A stretch of 64,000 nucleotides of DNA, taken from assembly GCA_963703285.1 (NCBI GenBank), contig OY969807.1:960001-1024000 (forward strand), given 5' to 3'. Under the pieces are notes generated by a model. The model saw only the letters and a program-made list of their open reading frames with translations. It ran no database searches and was not told the origin of the DNA. This DNA is from an uncultured Nitrososphaerota archaeon (GTDB taxonomy: Archaea > Thermoproteota > Nitrososphaeria > Nitrososphaerales > Gagatemarchaeaceae). Below are positions 9,328 to 18,553 of this stretch, one piece after another (the first letter of the stretch is position 1; every line of letters starts with the position of its first letter). The position numbers and the translations under genes were made by a program.

Positions 9328-9360
9328 CGTCTGTCAACAATTGACTGTACTTGTCAACAT
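9311..9360. promoter_or_regulatory. Helically phased YTGTCA(AC) repeats plus GTCAA-N3-TTGAC inverted repeat
   Basis: YTGTCA at 9311, 9321, 9331 and 9351; inverted repeat 9333-9345; overlaps the start of the XDH operon. Confidence 0.55.
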
Positions 9361-9793
9361 AGACGTATTTGTCGAGTTCCCCGTATCCATTCGGGCCCCT
9401 CTCACAAATGAGACGAGAGGACTCGAGGACAACTAGCGGCAGGAGACCGTCGCGCGACCCGCTGTCTGGACGGAGCGCACCTGTATCCGAAGTCTGCGAG
9501 GGCAGCAACCGAATTGACCACTCCAAGCGAAAGGGCCTTCGTCTTGGTCTCAATCCTTAATCTGCCCAAATCGGCTCCCTTTGTGTCAAACGAGTCGCAA
9601 ATGGCCTTATCTTCAATTCCGAACACAAAAACCGAAAAAGGCTAAACACCGCCTAGTTTTCAAATCAGAGCTGTATCCTGGCTGTTTTCGAGTTTTCACC
9701 TAAACACATACCAAAGTTCTTGCCATCAACGAGCTTCTTCACCTTATCAGGTAATTCAATGGCGAAACATGAACCTCTTTCAAGAGCAGAGTT

Positions 9794-9988
9794 TTAGGAT
9801 TTGCGCTCCGGCATGTGCCATGTTCTGGTCGCCAACGAAGCGTAACGTTGGAAAAGAATGTGGGCCGGAACGGGTGTAAACTGTAGTAGAGCTTGGGTCT
9901 CCACTTCCAATTGCCAATCGTGCCACTGCTTGTCGACTTTCAGCGTCGGCCTCTCCTTGATGATTACTCTTGTAGGTTGGGTGCTCAA
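9794..9988 (-). CDS. Small hypothetical protein (64 aa)
   Basis: AAGGAG upstream of TTG; co-oriented between regulator and XDH operon; no recognisable motif. Confidence 0.4.
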   Translation of the reverse strand: MSTQPTRVIIKERPTLKVDKQWHDWQLEVETQALLQFTPVPAHILFQRYASLATRTWHMPERKS

Positions 9989-10104
9989 GCGCCGGCCGTC
10001 TCCTTCCCCCCTGCAACTCGCAAAATCGCCTACTGATTCTCAAAACTCTACGACACTTCGAAGGGGCCCGCCGGTGAACGACCTTCTTGAGGCGAACAGA
10101 CGAG

Positions 10105-10692
10105 CTATGAGACCTTTCTCCTTGAGGCTGTCATCATGATCGTCCCCCGGTTTATTTCGTGTTTGGCTACGTCGTAGCCGTAGCCGTTGAGAACCGACCG
10201 CAGGAAAGCAAAGGAGCACTCGGTTGATTCAATCTTCCTTCCAGCGCCGACTATGTTGATCTCCACCACGTCGTCGCCTTGCAGCTTGGAAACGGTGAAC
10301 CGTTTTATTGGGATCAGCAGGGTGAAGTCTCTTGCGAGGTCTGCGAGTTCGTTCAGGTCCTTGGCACCGGCCTTGAGGATACCAACGGTGTTACTCCCTA
10401 GCGCGGTGAACATAGCAAGCAGACCCTCCTTGTCCTCGGCGTACATCCTCGCGAGGATCTCGTCGACGAAGTCGGAAGGGAGGGTGATCACATCTATCTG
10501 CTTCATCAGGGAGACTGAACGCCATAGCCTGTAGAGCTCCGCGGGATCTCCGCCTTCTGCTGATATCTTTGACATCGTCGAGAGAGACTGGTTTGCGAAC
10601 GCAAACATGGTTCTCTCCCTTCGTTTTGCCTCGGAGGAGAACTCCTCAAAAATCTTGTGATCGATGAAGATGCTGGCACGCGACATGAACAC
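10105..10692 (-). CDS. Putative regulator (N-terminal ribbon-helix-helix-like), paralog 1
   Basis: RASIFIDHKIFEEFSSEAKRRERTMFAFANQSL; collinear and highly similar to 18554-19228. Confidence 0.75.
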   Translation of the reverse strand: MFMSRASIFIDHKIFEEFSSEAKRRERTMFAFANQSLSTMSKISAEGGDPAELYRLWRSVSLMKQIDVITLPSDFVDEILARMYAEDKEGLLAMFTALGSNTVGILKAGAKDLNELADLARDFTLLIPIKRFTVSKLQGDDVVEINIVGAGRKIESTECSFAFLRSVLNGYGYDVAKHEINRGTIMMTASRRKVS

Positions 10693-11047
10693 TCATCACT
10701 CTGACACAAGGGATTAATGGTTATCCCTTTTAAAAACGCTTAGTTTTGTATTAAACCTTCTTTTTCTTCTTTCTTCAATTTCAGAAAAAGATATGTCTCC
10801 TTCTGTCCATCTATATGTTGCATCTTCACCGGTCCCTGTTTCCTTTTGCTCTGACGCCATACATCGTCAAATGTCTACGAACGTACACAAGCATAAACAT
10901 ATTATCCCGAATGGGTTCGAGTATGTTATCAAGAAATTACTTCACCCCTACTGAAGGCGAGTAAACTAGGCCAAAATCTGTGCTCGACTGGGCTCTGAGC
11001 TTCCGACCACTCCTCTTCTCCTCTTCTTCTACTATCTTATAGAAAGG

Positions 11048-11593
11048 ATGGGGAATCTTTCGGAGAATCTCTCGACCGTAATTGACCTTCTGGTAGCAGC
11101 GCTCTTCCTATCCGCTGGGGCTCTGGCGATAGAGCCAAGAATCCAAGACCGGAGGCAAGTGGGCGCTGTCGTCGACGACCTTAAGAGTCCGGAGGTGCGA
11201 TTGAACGTGCAACTCAAGTTGAAGGCAGAAGTAACGAAGCTGGTTTCGACTGAAGAGGCGAAGATGATTCTGCATAACTTCCCGACTCTTCTACCTATGA
11301 TTAACGGCCTCACGCTGATGAACGAGAACGAAGCCCTAAGTCGAGAACTCGAAGCGAGCGAGGCGATTCTCGTGGACACGATCGTCGGTGGAGGGTGTGG
11401 GGCATCCTCCTATCAATCTCGAGCACAGCAGTTAGCGATCGATGCCATAAGGACGATGACTCTTCCCAAGGATGCAAAGATGGTCAGGAGGCCCAAATCA
11501 CTGCCGGGCCCGCCTACGTTACTGTCAAAGTACGGACTTGCACCTCATCCGTCAATGCTGCCGCTGGACGAGGGGCCCGTAATCTACCCTTGA
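11048..11593 (+). CDS. Hypothetical membrane-anchored protein
   Basis: 181-aa ORF with N-terminal hydrophobic helix; no motif recognised. Confidence 0.5.
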   Translation: MGNLSENLSTVIDLLVAALFLSAGALAIEPRIQDRRQVGAVVDDLKSPEVRLNVQLKLKAEVTKLVSTEEAKMILHNFPTLLPMINGLTLMNENEALSRELEASEAILVDTIVGGGCGASSYQSRAQQLAIDAIRTMTLPKDAKMVRRPKSLPGPPTLLSKYGLAPHPSMLPLDEGPVIYP

Positions 11594-12052
11594 CGCCGTA
11601 AAGAGCCCATTTCACGGCCAAGGACTACCTCAGGAGGAGCATCGTTCAAGCCCGATAAACGAACTACATGTCTGTTCGGGCGCAAAGAGTTTGCCATGAG
11701 ACCAACGATCCGCGGCCCGGGCTCGAACCTCCGCACTATACCAAGACGCGGATTTGCACACCAAAGTGGTCGGATCCACCGGCCCTACCAACGATTCAGA
11801 CTTTCCGAAGAACGAATCTGGTGGTTGACCTATATAAGATGCCGTGACTGTCGCACGACTCTAATTGAGCTTTCCAGTCATTTTGTCCCCCGGTATGTTG
11901 ATCGCCCTTCCTTTGGAACAGATAGCCCTGGTTGGTTAATCGGTCTACAGAGATGATTACGGTATCCATCCAGGATCACTGATTCTCATATGTACGCGAT
12001 CCTAGCATGGGAACATTGGTCAAGCCTATCATCAGGACCCAAATGCTCTACT

Positions 12053-12469
12053 CTATCCGCCTGTCATCGACCCAAGGAAAGCCACAGTGTCTCCGTTCTT
12101 GAGCATTGGATTGCCTTGCGGAGGCGTTCCATTCAACAGAATCTGCATAGAATGCATGGTTTCTAATGCCGGGTGTTCCTGACAGACCTCTGTAATCAAC
12201 TGGGAAAGGGATGACGGGGCGGATATTTGCATGTTTTCCATGCTCGACCCAATTACACCCGCCATGCCAAGGTAGTAGACTTCGACGTTCAGGAAGAGTT
12301 GCGCGCTAAGGGGGGGACTCTTATCCGTACCTGATTGCGGTTGATGATTCTGTGAGAGGAAAATAAGCAGCCCCTTCGTGCCCAGCAGAGCAACGGATGC
12401 GCCGGCTGTTATGATGACCATCTTACCCAATGCTTCGCGCCTTGTTAACTTTGACAAGCTATGGGACAT
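12053..12469 (-). CDS. MoaD/ThiS/SAMP ubiquitin-like protein with N-terminal twin-arginine signal
   Basis: KLTRREALGK plus TM segment; VEVYYLG...ILLNG...LKNGDTVAFLGSMTGG ending in GG. Confidence 0.85.
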   Translation of the reverse strand: MSHSLSKLTRREALGKMVIITAGASVALLGTKGLLIFLSQNHQPQSGTDKSPPLSAQLFLNVEVYYLGMAGVIGSSMENMQISAPSSLSQLITEVCQEHPALETMHSMQILLNGTPPQGNPMLKNGDTVAFLGSMTGG

Positions 12470-12478
12470 CTCTCTCCG

Positions 12479-12979
12479 TTACAGAGTGAAAGTGCAATTG
12501 CCTTCGTTTGTGACCATCTGCACGATGAGTGACTGGTTGTTCGATAAGACGCCTAGGTACAGCGTGGCATCCTCACCTGGTAGAATAGTTGCACTACAAA
12601 GGCCGCCAGTGTCCATATTCCAATGCTGCGCCTGAGGGAATATGAGGCCGTTTGTGGGTGCTTCGCAGAAAGAGGAAGTGTTGTTGACCGCGAGCAACGG
12701 AACGCCCCCTCCGAGCACTCCTTGAATCAAGGGCTCCCCGTTCGAGATAACTTTGAGAATCGTCAGGTTCTCGTTTCCTAGGTTTGTCAGGGTCAGTGAA
12801 GGTTCGCTGCTGTTGCAACAATTGCCGTATCCCACTAGCTTGAGTTGTGGTGTGTTCTGACTCGCGGGTGGGTCCCCAGTGAAGTAAATCTGGGACAGCG
12901 TGATAGACGCGAGCAGCAATACCAGGGGCAGAACAACAACGAGCAGCTTTGCGAAGGCGCCAATCTTCTTATTTGTCAA
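12479..12979 (-). CDS. Membrane-anchored extracellular Ig/pilin-like protein
   Basis: N-terminal TM, LTLTNLGNENLTILKVISNG, several Cys; overlaps the upstream gene. Confidence 0.65.
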   Translation of the reverse strand: MTNKKIGAFAKLLVVVLPLVLLLASITLSQIYFTGDPPASQNTPQLKLVGYGNCCNSSEPSLTLTNLGNENLTILKVISNGEPLIQGVLGGGVPLLAVNNTSSFCEAPTNGLIFPQAQHWNMDTGGLCSATILPGEDATLYLGVLSNNQSLIVQMVTNEGNCTFTL

Positions 12980-13973
12980 CCTTAGCTCTCCTCTTTTTTG
13001 TTACAAGAACGTGTACCAGCGCGAACCCTATCACCCCGTAGACTGAAGCGAGGACCAAAATGAAAATGCTCACCACGACTGCGGTTGGGATGGGTGGTAC
13101 TCCTACCAGTCTGAGGTCGACGGAACTTCCCTGACCACTAACGTAGGGCGATGCGGAATCCGTCGCGGATGGATCGTTTTGAATGGCGGCAGTCACGTTG
13201 CTTGCCCCGTAGCTCTTGCTTCCCGAGTAGGAGGCGTAAAGGAGTCCTCCCCATTGGGAAGGCAACTGGTAAGTCAGATAGGCGGTGCCATTTGACTGAG
13301 TTTGGCTCGAGCCGATAGCCATTAGCCCGAAGTCGGTAGGTATGGAGAAGTCGACTTGAGCACCTGCAATGGGAGCCCCGTTGGAATCGGTCAGTCCAAC
13401 GGCAGCAAGAAGCTCGTCGCCATGAACGTTCATGGAAAGCGCGCTCAGTTTCGTACTGGTAGTCGTCGTACTGGTAGTACTGCTGGTGCTGGTGGTGCTG
13501 GTGCTCGTTGAGCTGCTGGTGGTTGTGCTGCTGCTCCCGGTTGAGCCGGATGAGCTAGTAGTGCTTTGTTGGGCAGGCGTTACGATGAACCAGCCGTTCT
13601 GCATGTTGGCCATTCCGAGACAGGGTATGATGCAGTGAATTCTGAATGTTCCCGCCGCATTCGCCGTAAATTGAACCACTGAAATCGGGCTCTGCGCGTT
13701 AAGAACCGCCGAGGTGACGTTGTATCCATCGACCTCAATTTGATGGGCGTTATACGGTACGTTGGTGTCGTTCCAGACGAATTTGATTATCACAGTGTCC
13801 CCTTGGGAGACCGGACCTAGCGTGAAGTTTCCCGATGTTCCGTTGAAGCCAGCTTCGCTCACGTAGACAGTGAAGCTATCCGTAGCGCTTGTCTTCTGAG
13901 CCGCGGTAAGATGCGAAGGCTGCATTACCAGCAGCAGAAGTACAAGCAGGGAGATTGTGAAGATTTTACGCGT
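12969..13973 (-). CDS. Membrane-anchored cupredoxin (CuA-like) plus Ig domain; probable ACG start
   Basis: HQIEVDGY...AGTFRIHCIIPCLGMANMQNG; S/T linker; C-terminal TM plus KKRR; signal peptide RKIFTISLLVLLLLV in frame upstream of the first ATG (13925). Confidence 0.8.
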   Translation of the reverse strand, partial: TRKIFTISLLVLLLLVMQPSHLTAAQKTSATDSFTVYVSEAGFNGTSGNFTLGPVSQGDTVIIKFVWNDTNVPYNAHQIEVDGYNVTSAVLNAQSPISVVQFTANAAGTFRIHCIIPCLGMANMQNGWFIVTPAQQSTTSSSGSTGSSSTTTSSSTSTSTTSTSSTTSTTTTSTKLSALSMNVHGDELLAAVGLTDSNGAPIAGAQVDFSIPTDFGLMAIGSSQTQSNGTAYLTYQLPSQWGGLLYASYSGSKSYGASNVTAAIQNDPSATDSASPYVSGQGSSVDLRLVGVPPIPTAVVVSIFILVLASVYGVIGFALVHVLVTKKRRAKVDK

Positions 13974-15924
13974 TTGTGTCCGCCTCCATGGAGTTTGCTA
14001 TCTTCATTAGCTTGGGAAGCGCGAGGTTCGCAAATATTGAGCATCTCCTTCCGTTCGACCACCACTGGAGCTGTCCGGGCTCGGCTGGTTGTCCGGCCTG
14101 TTTCGACGACGCTCGTGTGAAACCTGCGTGCCCTTCAACAGTTATCCTGTCATAGCCCTTTGGCAAAAAGGCGGGAGGACTATCGATGACATCCTCTTTT
14201 ATCTGAAGGATCGCGATATCCACACTGTCGGTGTAGATGTTGAGCGGTTCCATCGATTCGCTAGTGTAGAGAAGGCCGACCATGGCTCCGTCGGCGGAGA
14301 TTCTCGCTTCGTGAAGGGTAGCTCCTTCAGGAAGAGATGATGGAAAAGAAACGAAAAACGACGCCTTAGTCCTCGCTTCCTCCTGACTGATTAATTCGCC
14401 AATGCTGGACAGCTGCACCTTCTCTTGATTGATAGGCTCTTGACTGACAGAATTCGCGGTATCTTTGTTCTGCATATCAGAAGGAAGGAAGCTGAGAGCG
14501 GCGATCCCTGCGGTCAGCCCTACGGCAGCGACCAGGCCATTTCTGAGGAATGCTCGCCTTCCGGTGGATTGGGGCGCTTCAGGGTCGCTGCCTGAATAAG
14601 TTGCCAGCGCGGGTGGGATAATCGGCGCTCTAGCGACAGTGTCCCCGTCGCCCTCGTTGACCTCCCAGATTGAGATCATTGGTACTAGCCTGCTCACGAT
14701 AATCAACAGCAGAGCGACGCCCGCAAACCCAGCGGCGGTAACCGAGAGCTCCTCCCAAGAGGGAATGTAGCTCCCAACTGCATATGGCAACCCGAGCTGC
14801 GGAACAGCTAGGGCCGGAATCACTATCAGAAAACGTTCCAGCCACATCCCGATGTTTGCGAGTATCGCGGCCACGACTATCCAGCCAACTCTCCTCGTCA
14901 CAGGGAGCGATATGATTGCCGCGGGCAGGATCAACCCGCCCACCAACATGAACCAGAAGTAGGGAGCGTAGGCACCCGTGAACAACGACGTCAAGTATTG
15001 AACGTCCAACGTTTCAGAAGACCAAGAGGGTGCCATGTATTCACTCAGCGTGAGATAGATCATCGCCAAGTCCGCTGCAAGGAAGATGTATGCCAGATAC
15101 AGAAAGTGCTTAACCTCTATGTACCGCTCAAGGTGATAGAACCTGCGGAAAGCATAGACGACAATCAATATCGTCGCGAGGCCGGAGTAGACTGCACCCA
15201 TGACGAAGAATATCGGGAAGATTGTGCTGTGCCATTCGACCCTGAGGGTAACAGAAAACACCCAGGAGAGAACGGAATGCACTGTGACCGCGATTGGCAC
15301 GACGAGTATCGCCATAATCTTGATGGACTTGTTCAACCTGCTCGCCTGCTCGGCTCCGCCTGACCAGCCTAGAGAGAGCCTAGTGTAGAGCCAACCTCTC
15401 AGCTTTGAGACTTTCTTCAGGGAATCTCTGCAGATGGCGAGGTCTGGGATGAGTGGCAGGTAGAAGTAGAGCAAGCTCGCCACAAGATACGTAACTATTG
15501 CGATTGTGTCCCATGTTATGGGCGACTGTAACCTGGGGAAGATTAGGAGGTTGATTGCCCTCTGGGGCATGCCCAGGTCCAGTATTGGAAATAAGGCACC
15601 TATCGGGAGAGAGCAGATAGTTATCATCTCTGCGATTCGCGTTATTGGTCTCCTCCATGTTGCGTTGGAGAGCCTGAGGATTCCGGAGATTATTGTCCCT
15701 GCCATGCTTATCGCTATGAAATAGACGAAGTCGACTATGTTCAGGCCCCATGCTACAGGAAGCCTGTCTCCCGTCAACCCAAGACCGTAGACATACTCAA
15801 GGTAGAACGCGTAGAGGCCCCATCCTATCACCGCAACCAACGAGGTCACAATAAGGAAGAATCGAAAACCGTGGGACTTCAGAGGTCCCAAGATCGACTG
15901 TGTATCTTTCTCACTATCTGTCAT
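13966..15924 (-). CDS. NrfD/PsrC/ActC-family polytopic membrane protein with fused C-terminal extracytoplasmic domain
   Basis: WGLNIVDFVYFIAIS, WRRPITRIAE, DLGMPQR, SPITWD, VHSVLSW, WHSTIF, GMWLERFLIV; internal GRRAFL plus TM. Confidence 0.92.
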   Translation of the reverse strand: MTDSEKDTQSILGPLKSHGFRFFLIVTSLVAVIGWGLYAFYLEYVYGLGLTGDRLPVAWGLNIVDFVYFIAISMAGTIISGILRLSNATWRRPITRIAEMITICSLPIGALFPILDLGMPQRAINLLIFPRLQSPITWDTIAIVTYLVASLLYFYLPLIPDLAICRDSLKKVSKLRGWLYTRLSLGWSGGAEQASRLNKSIKIMAILVVPIAVTVHSVLSWVFSVTLRVEWHSTIFPIFFVMGAVYSGLATILIVVYAFRRFYHLERYIEVKHFLYLAYIFLAADLAMIYLTLSEYMAPSWSSETLDVQYLTSLFTGAYAPYFWFMLVGGLILPAAIISLPVTRRVGWIVVAAILANIGMWLERFLIVIPALAVPQLGLPYAVGSYIPSWEELSVTAAGFAGVALLLIIVSRLVPMISIWEVNEGDGDTVARAPIIPPALATYSGSDPEAPQSTGRRAFLRNGLVAAVGLTAGIAALSFLPSDMQNKDTANSVSQEPINQEKVQLSSIGELISQEEARTKASFFVSFPSSLPEGATLHEARISADGAMVGLLYTSESMEPLNIYTDSVDIAILQIKEDVIDSPPAFLPKGYDRITVEGHAGFTRASSKQAGQPAEPGQLQWWSNGRRCSIFANLALPKLMKIANSMEADTNA

Positions 15925-16712
15925 TGTGTATCACCCTTTGGAGGAAGATAGATGACCTGCGGAAGTGTACCATATTCTTCATTCAGTCTGTAAGCGCCCC
16001 GCTTCTCTATCATACCGCTCAGAGAGACAGCGACCTGTCCGTTGCTTATCACGTCCTGTGCTGCGTCTCCGAACCAGAGAGCGCTCATTCCTGCCGCGCT
16101 GCATGCGGCCACACACGCAGGGACGTCGCCTTCCGTGACCCTGTGTCTGCACCAAATACATTTTTCAGCTACACCCTTTCTGTGTGGGACGTTAGTGTCG
16201 GGCGAGTAGACAACGTTAGCTTCGTCCGGAGTCACGGGTGGGTCGAACCAGTTGAAGAACCTCCTTTCGTAGGGACAGGCTACAAGACAGTACCTACAGC
16301 CGACGCATCTGTCTTGGTCAATCAGCACGATATGGTCGTCACTGTAGAAGGTGGCTCCAACCGGGCAGACCTTGGCGCATGGGGCGTCTTGACAGTTCTG
16401 ACAAGGCACAGGCATGAATACACCACCGCCGACGTCGAAGACCTGAATCCATGCCTGTCTGCCATCATACTGCATTTCGCCATCCCACGCCGGTGGCACG
16501 TCCATTTCAGCCTGACAAGCTTCGGTACACTTGCTGCAACCATCACAGTTGTTAAGGTCTATGACAAAGACGTACTGCTTGCTCGCGTCTGAAGAGCTTT
16601 CGGAGACCGCTGCACTTGCTTTCGGGAGGAGACTACCGGACGCAGCGCAAAGCGTCAGACCTGCAGCGGCCGCCGAGGCACCGACCAAGAATTTCCTCCT
16701 TTCTGGATCCAA
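15921..16712 (-). CDS. NrfC/DmsB-type 4x[4Fe-4S] electron-transfer protein with Tat signal
   Basis: ERRKFL; CDGCSKCTEAC; CQNCQDAPCAKVCP; CVGCRYCLVACPY; KCIWC...PACVAAC. Confidence 0.95.
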   Translation of the reverse strand: MDPERRKFLVGASAAAAGLTLCAASGSLLPKASAAVSESSSDASKQYVFVIDLNNCDGCSKCTEACQAEMDVPPAWDGEMQYDGRQAWIQVFDVGGGVFMPVPCQNCQDAPCAKVCPVGATFYSDDHIVLIDQDRCVGCRYCLVACPYERRFFNWFDPPVTPDEANVVYSPDTNVPHRKGVAEKCIWCRHRVTEGDVPACVAACSAAGMSALWFGDAAQDVISNGQVAVSLSGMIEKRGAYRLNEEYGTLPQVIYLPPKGDTQ

Positions 16713-16739
16713 GATCGAAAACCCGTTTGGATCGATGCA

Positions 16740-18272
16740 TCAAGCTCCTTGCTTGGTAGTCCCTCTGCGCAAAGCCATGAACGACGTGCCAATGGCAATG
16801 ATGGCTATGAGCGCGGCAATTGCACCAACAATCAGACCTGTTGTGTCAGTTGTGTCGGACGATGTTGTTGTCTGAGCAACGGTCGTCGTCACGAGCACAA
16901 ATGTTGTTGTCTGGGCTACGGTCGCTGTCTGAGTTATGGTTGTTGTCTGAGGTACGGTCGCTGTCTGAGTTATGGTTGTTGTCTGAGGTACGGTCGCTGT
17001 CTGAGTTATGGTTGTTGTCTGAGGTACGGTCGCTGTCTGAGTTATGGTTGTTGTCTGGGCTACGGTCGTTGTTGTTACGCTACTGATGGTAATCACTGTG
17101 CCGGAAATCGGAACTTTCACAGTCGAGTCCATCACGTTTCCGCCCACTGAGGTACTATTTGCATTGATTATGTCGATGCCGTAGTACTCGTTGTGGAAGC
17201 TGTTGTCAGTAATCAGTGAATTCACCACCGCAACAGACTTCAAGGTGGATTCTCCGCCCACGATTATTCCACTTAGCGTTGGAGCGGAGCCGTCATTGCT
17301 GAGCACATTCCCGCTGATGATCTCATCCTTGTTTACGGCTCCAGCCGCATTCGCATGCAGAATGATGCCGCCCTCCCCTGTGTTGACGACTGTATTCGAG
17401 AGGACACTACTGCCTGATACTTGTGTATTGGCGTCATCAGCCGCTACAACTATGCCCGCAATATCGTCTACTACCATGTTGTTGCTGATTATGGTGTTCG
17501 ATACTCCCTCGCCCGGGTCATAGGCAGAAAGGACGATGGAGCAGGCGCCGGTGTTGTCTATGTCCGAGTTGCCGGTGATGATGTTACCATTAGCTGGATT
17601 TGGAGTCCCGGTTGGAATGCCCGCGCTAGGTATTGCAGTACTGTTCCAGGAGGGGTCAACTGCCCCATCGTCGTCGACGCCTATTCCTCCGGCGTAATTT
17701 CCTATCACGGTGTTGTCAGCTACCGTGGAGTTCGAGGTGCCTGTCAGCTCGATCGCCTTATTTTCGTCAATCGTAGAAAGGGGAGTCACACCATTGCCAG
17801 TAACTACATTGTCTTGGATTGCTACACCAGAGCTATCCTGTACATAGACGCCATGGTTGTTTGCGTTCTCAACCGTAAGGCCTTGAATTACCGACCCGGC
17901 TGCCGTAGAACCGAATATGGCAATCCCATTAGGCTGACCAGCCGCGTTGATGATTGTATTTGATGGCTCTGAGCTTTGAGATTCGAGCGCAAGTTTCTTC
18001 GAAATCGTCACCATCTCGTTGTATGCGCCAGGAAGGACAATGATGGTAGCACCAGTAGGTGCGACCGAGACCGCGTGAGAAATTGTCGCGTAGGGGCTAG
18101 CGAGGGTACCCGTCCCACTTGTATTGCTGCCCGTCGTGCTTACGTACAGTACAGTTGCCGCAGCACTTGCGGGCCGGACAAGAAGAACGCCGGCCGAAAA
18201 AGCAAAGAGGAGAATTAAGCATACTACTACGGGCATTGTTGTGCGTATATGCGGCTTCACGTTCTGGTGCAT
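16740..18272 (-). CDS. Secreted right-handed beta-helix protein (NosD/pectin-lyase-like) with Thr-rich stalk and C-terminal anchor
   Basis: Signal peptide; LYVSTTGSN..GT..SPYATISHAV; repeated IxxNxxxxN turns; C-terminal TM. Confidence 0.85.
   Translation of the reverse strand: MHQNVKPHIRTTMPVVVCLILLFAFSAGVLLVRPASAAATVLYVSTTGSNTSGTGTLASPYATISHAVSVAPTGATIIVLPGAYNEMVTISKKLALESQSSEPSNTIINAAGQPNGIAIFGSTAAGSVIQGLTVENANNHGVYVQDSSGVAIQDNVVTGNGVTPLSTIDENKAIELTGTSNSTVADNTVIGNYAGGIGVDDDGAVDPSWNSTAIPSAGIPTGTPNPANGNIITGNSDIDNTGACSIVLSAYDPGEGVSNTIISNNMVVDDIAGIVVAADDANTQVSGSSVLSNTVVNTGEGGIILHANAAGAVNKDEIISGNVLSNDGSAPTLSGIIVGGESTLKSVAVVNSLITDNSFHNEYYGIDIINANSTSVGGNVMDSTVKVPISGTVITISSVTTTTVAQTTTITQTATVPQTTTITQTATVPQTTTITQTATVPQTTTITQTATVAQTTTFVLVTTTVAQTTTSSDTTDTTGLIVGAIAALIAIIAIGTSFMALRRGTTKQGA
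16905..17070. repeat. 36-bp coding tandem repeat (QTTTITQTATVP, about 4 copies)
   Basis: gttatggttgttgtctgaggtacggtcgctgtctga units; no spacers. Confidence 0.9.
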
Positions 18273-18553
18273 GGAAACGCATGCGGAACGTGCACTAAAA
18301 ACCTCATCCGTTTAGATGCGTACTTTCGCACAAAATTGTATGCAGACCCGCGCATTCCGAGTTGCAAACAACCCAAGGTAACTTCGAACTTACCCATCCT
18401 TTGAAAGTCAACCAACCTAGGGACAATCTCTGTACGTTTAATGGCGTTCTCGTGCGAGAAATCATGTGTTTAGGCGTTGGTTGGTGTAATTTCTTCACTC
18501 GATTGAACCACTCGATTGAACTGAAGACGGAGCCTCCGATGACAGCGAGGTGG

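Noticed and set aside
16905-17070. 36-bp repeats resembling a CRISPR array
   Set aside because: Head-to-tail with no spacers, in frame within a Thr-rich stalk, and no cas genes.
18496-18521. 13-bp tandem duplication CACTCGATTGAAC
   Set aside because: Only two copies and not shared with the other operon's upstream region; likely slippage.
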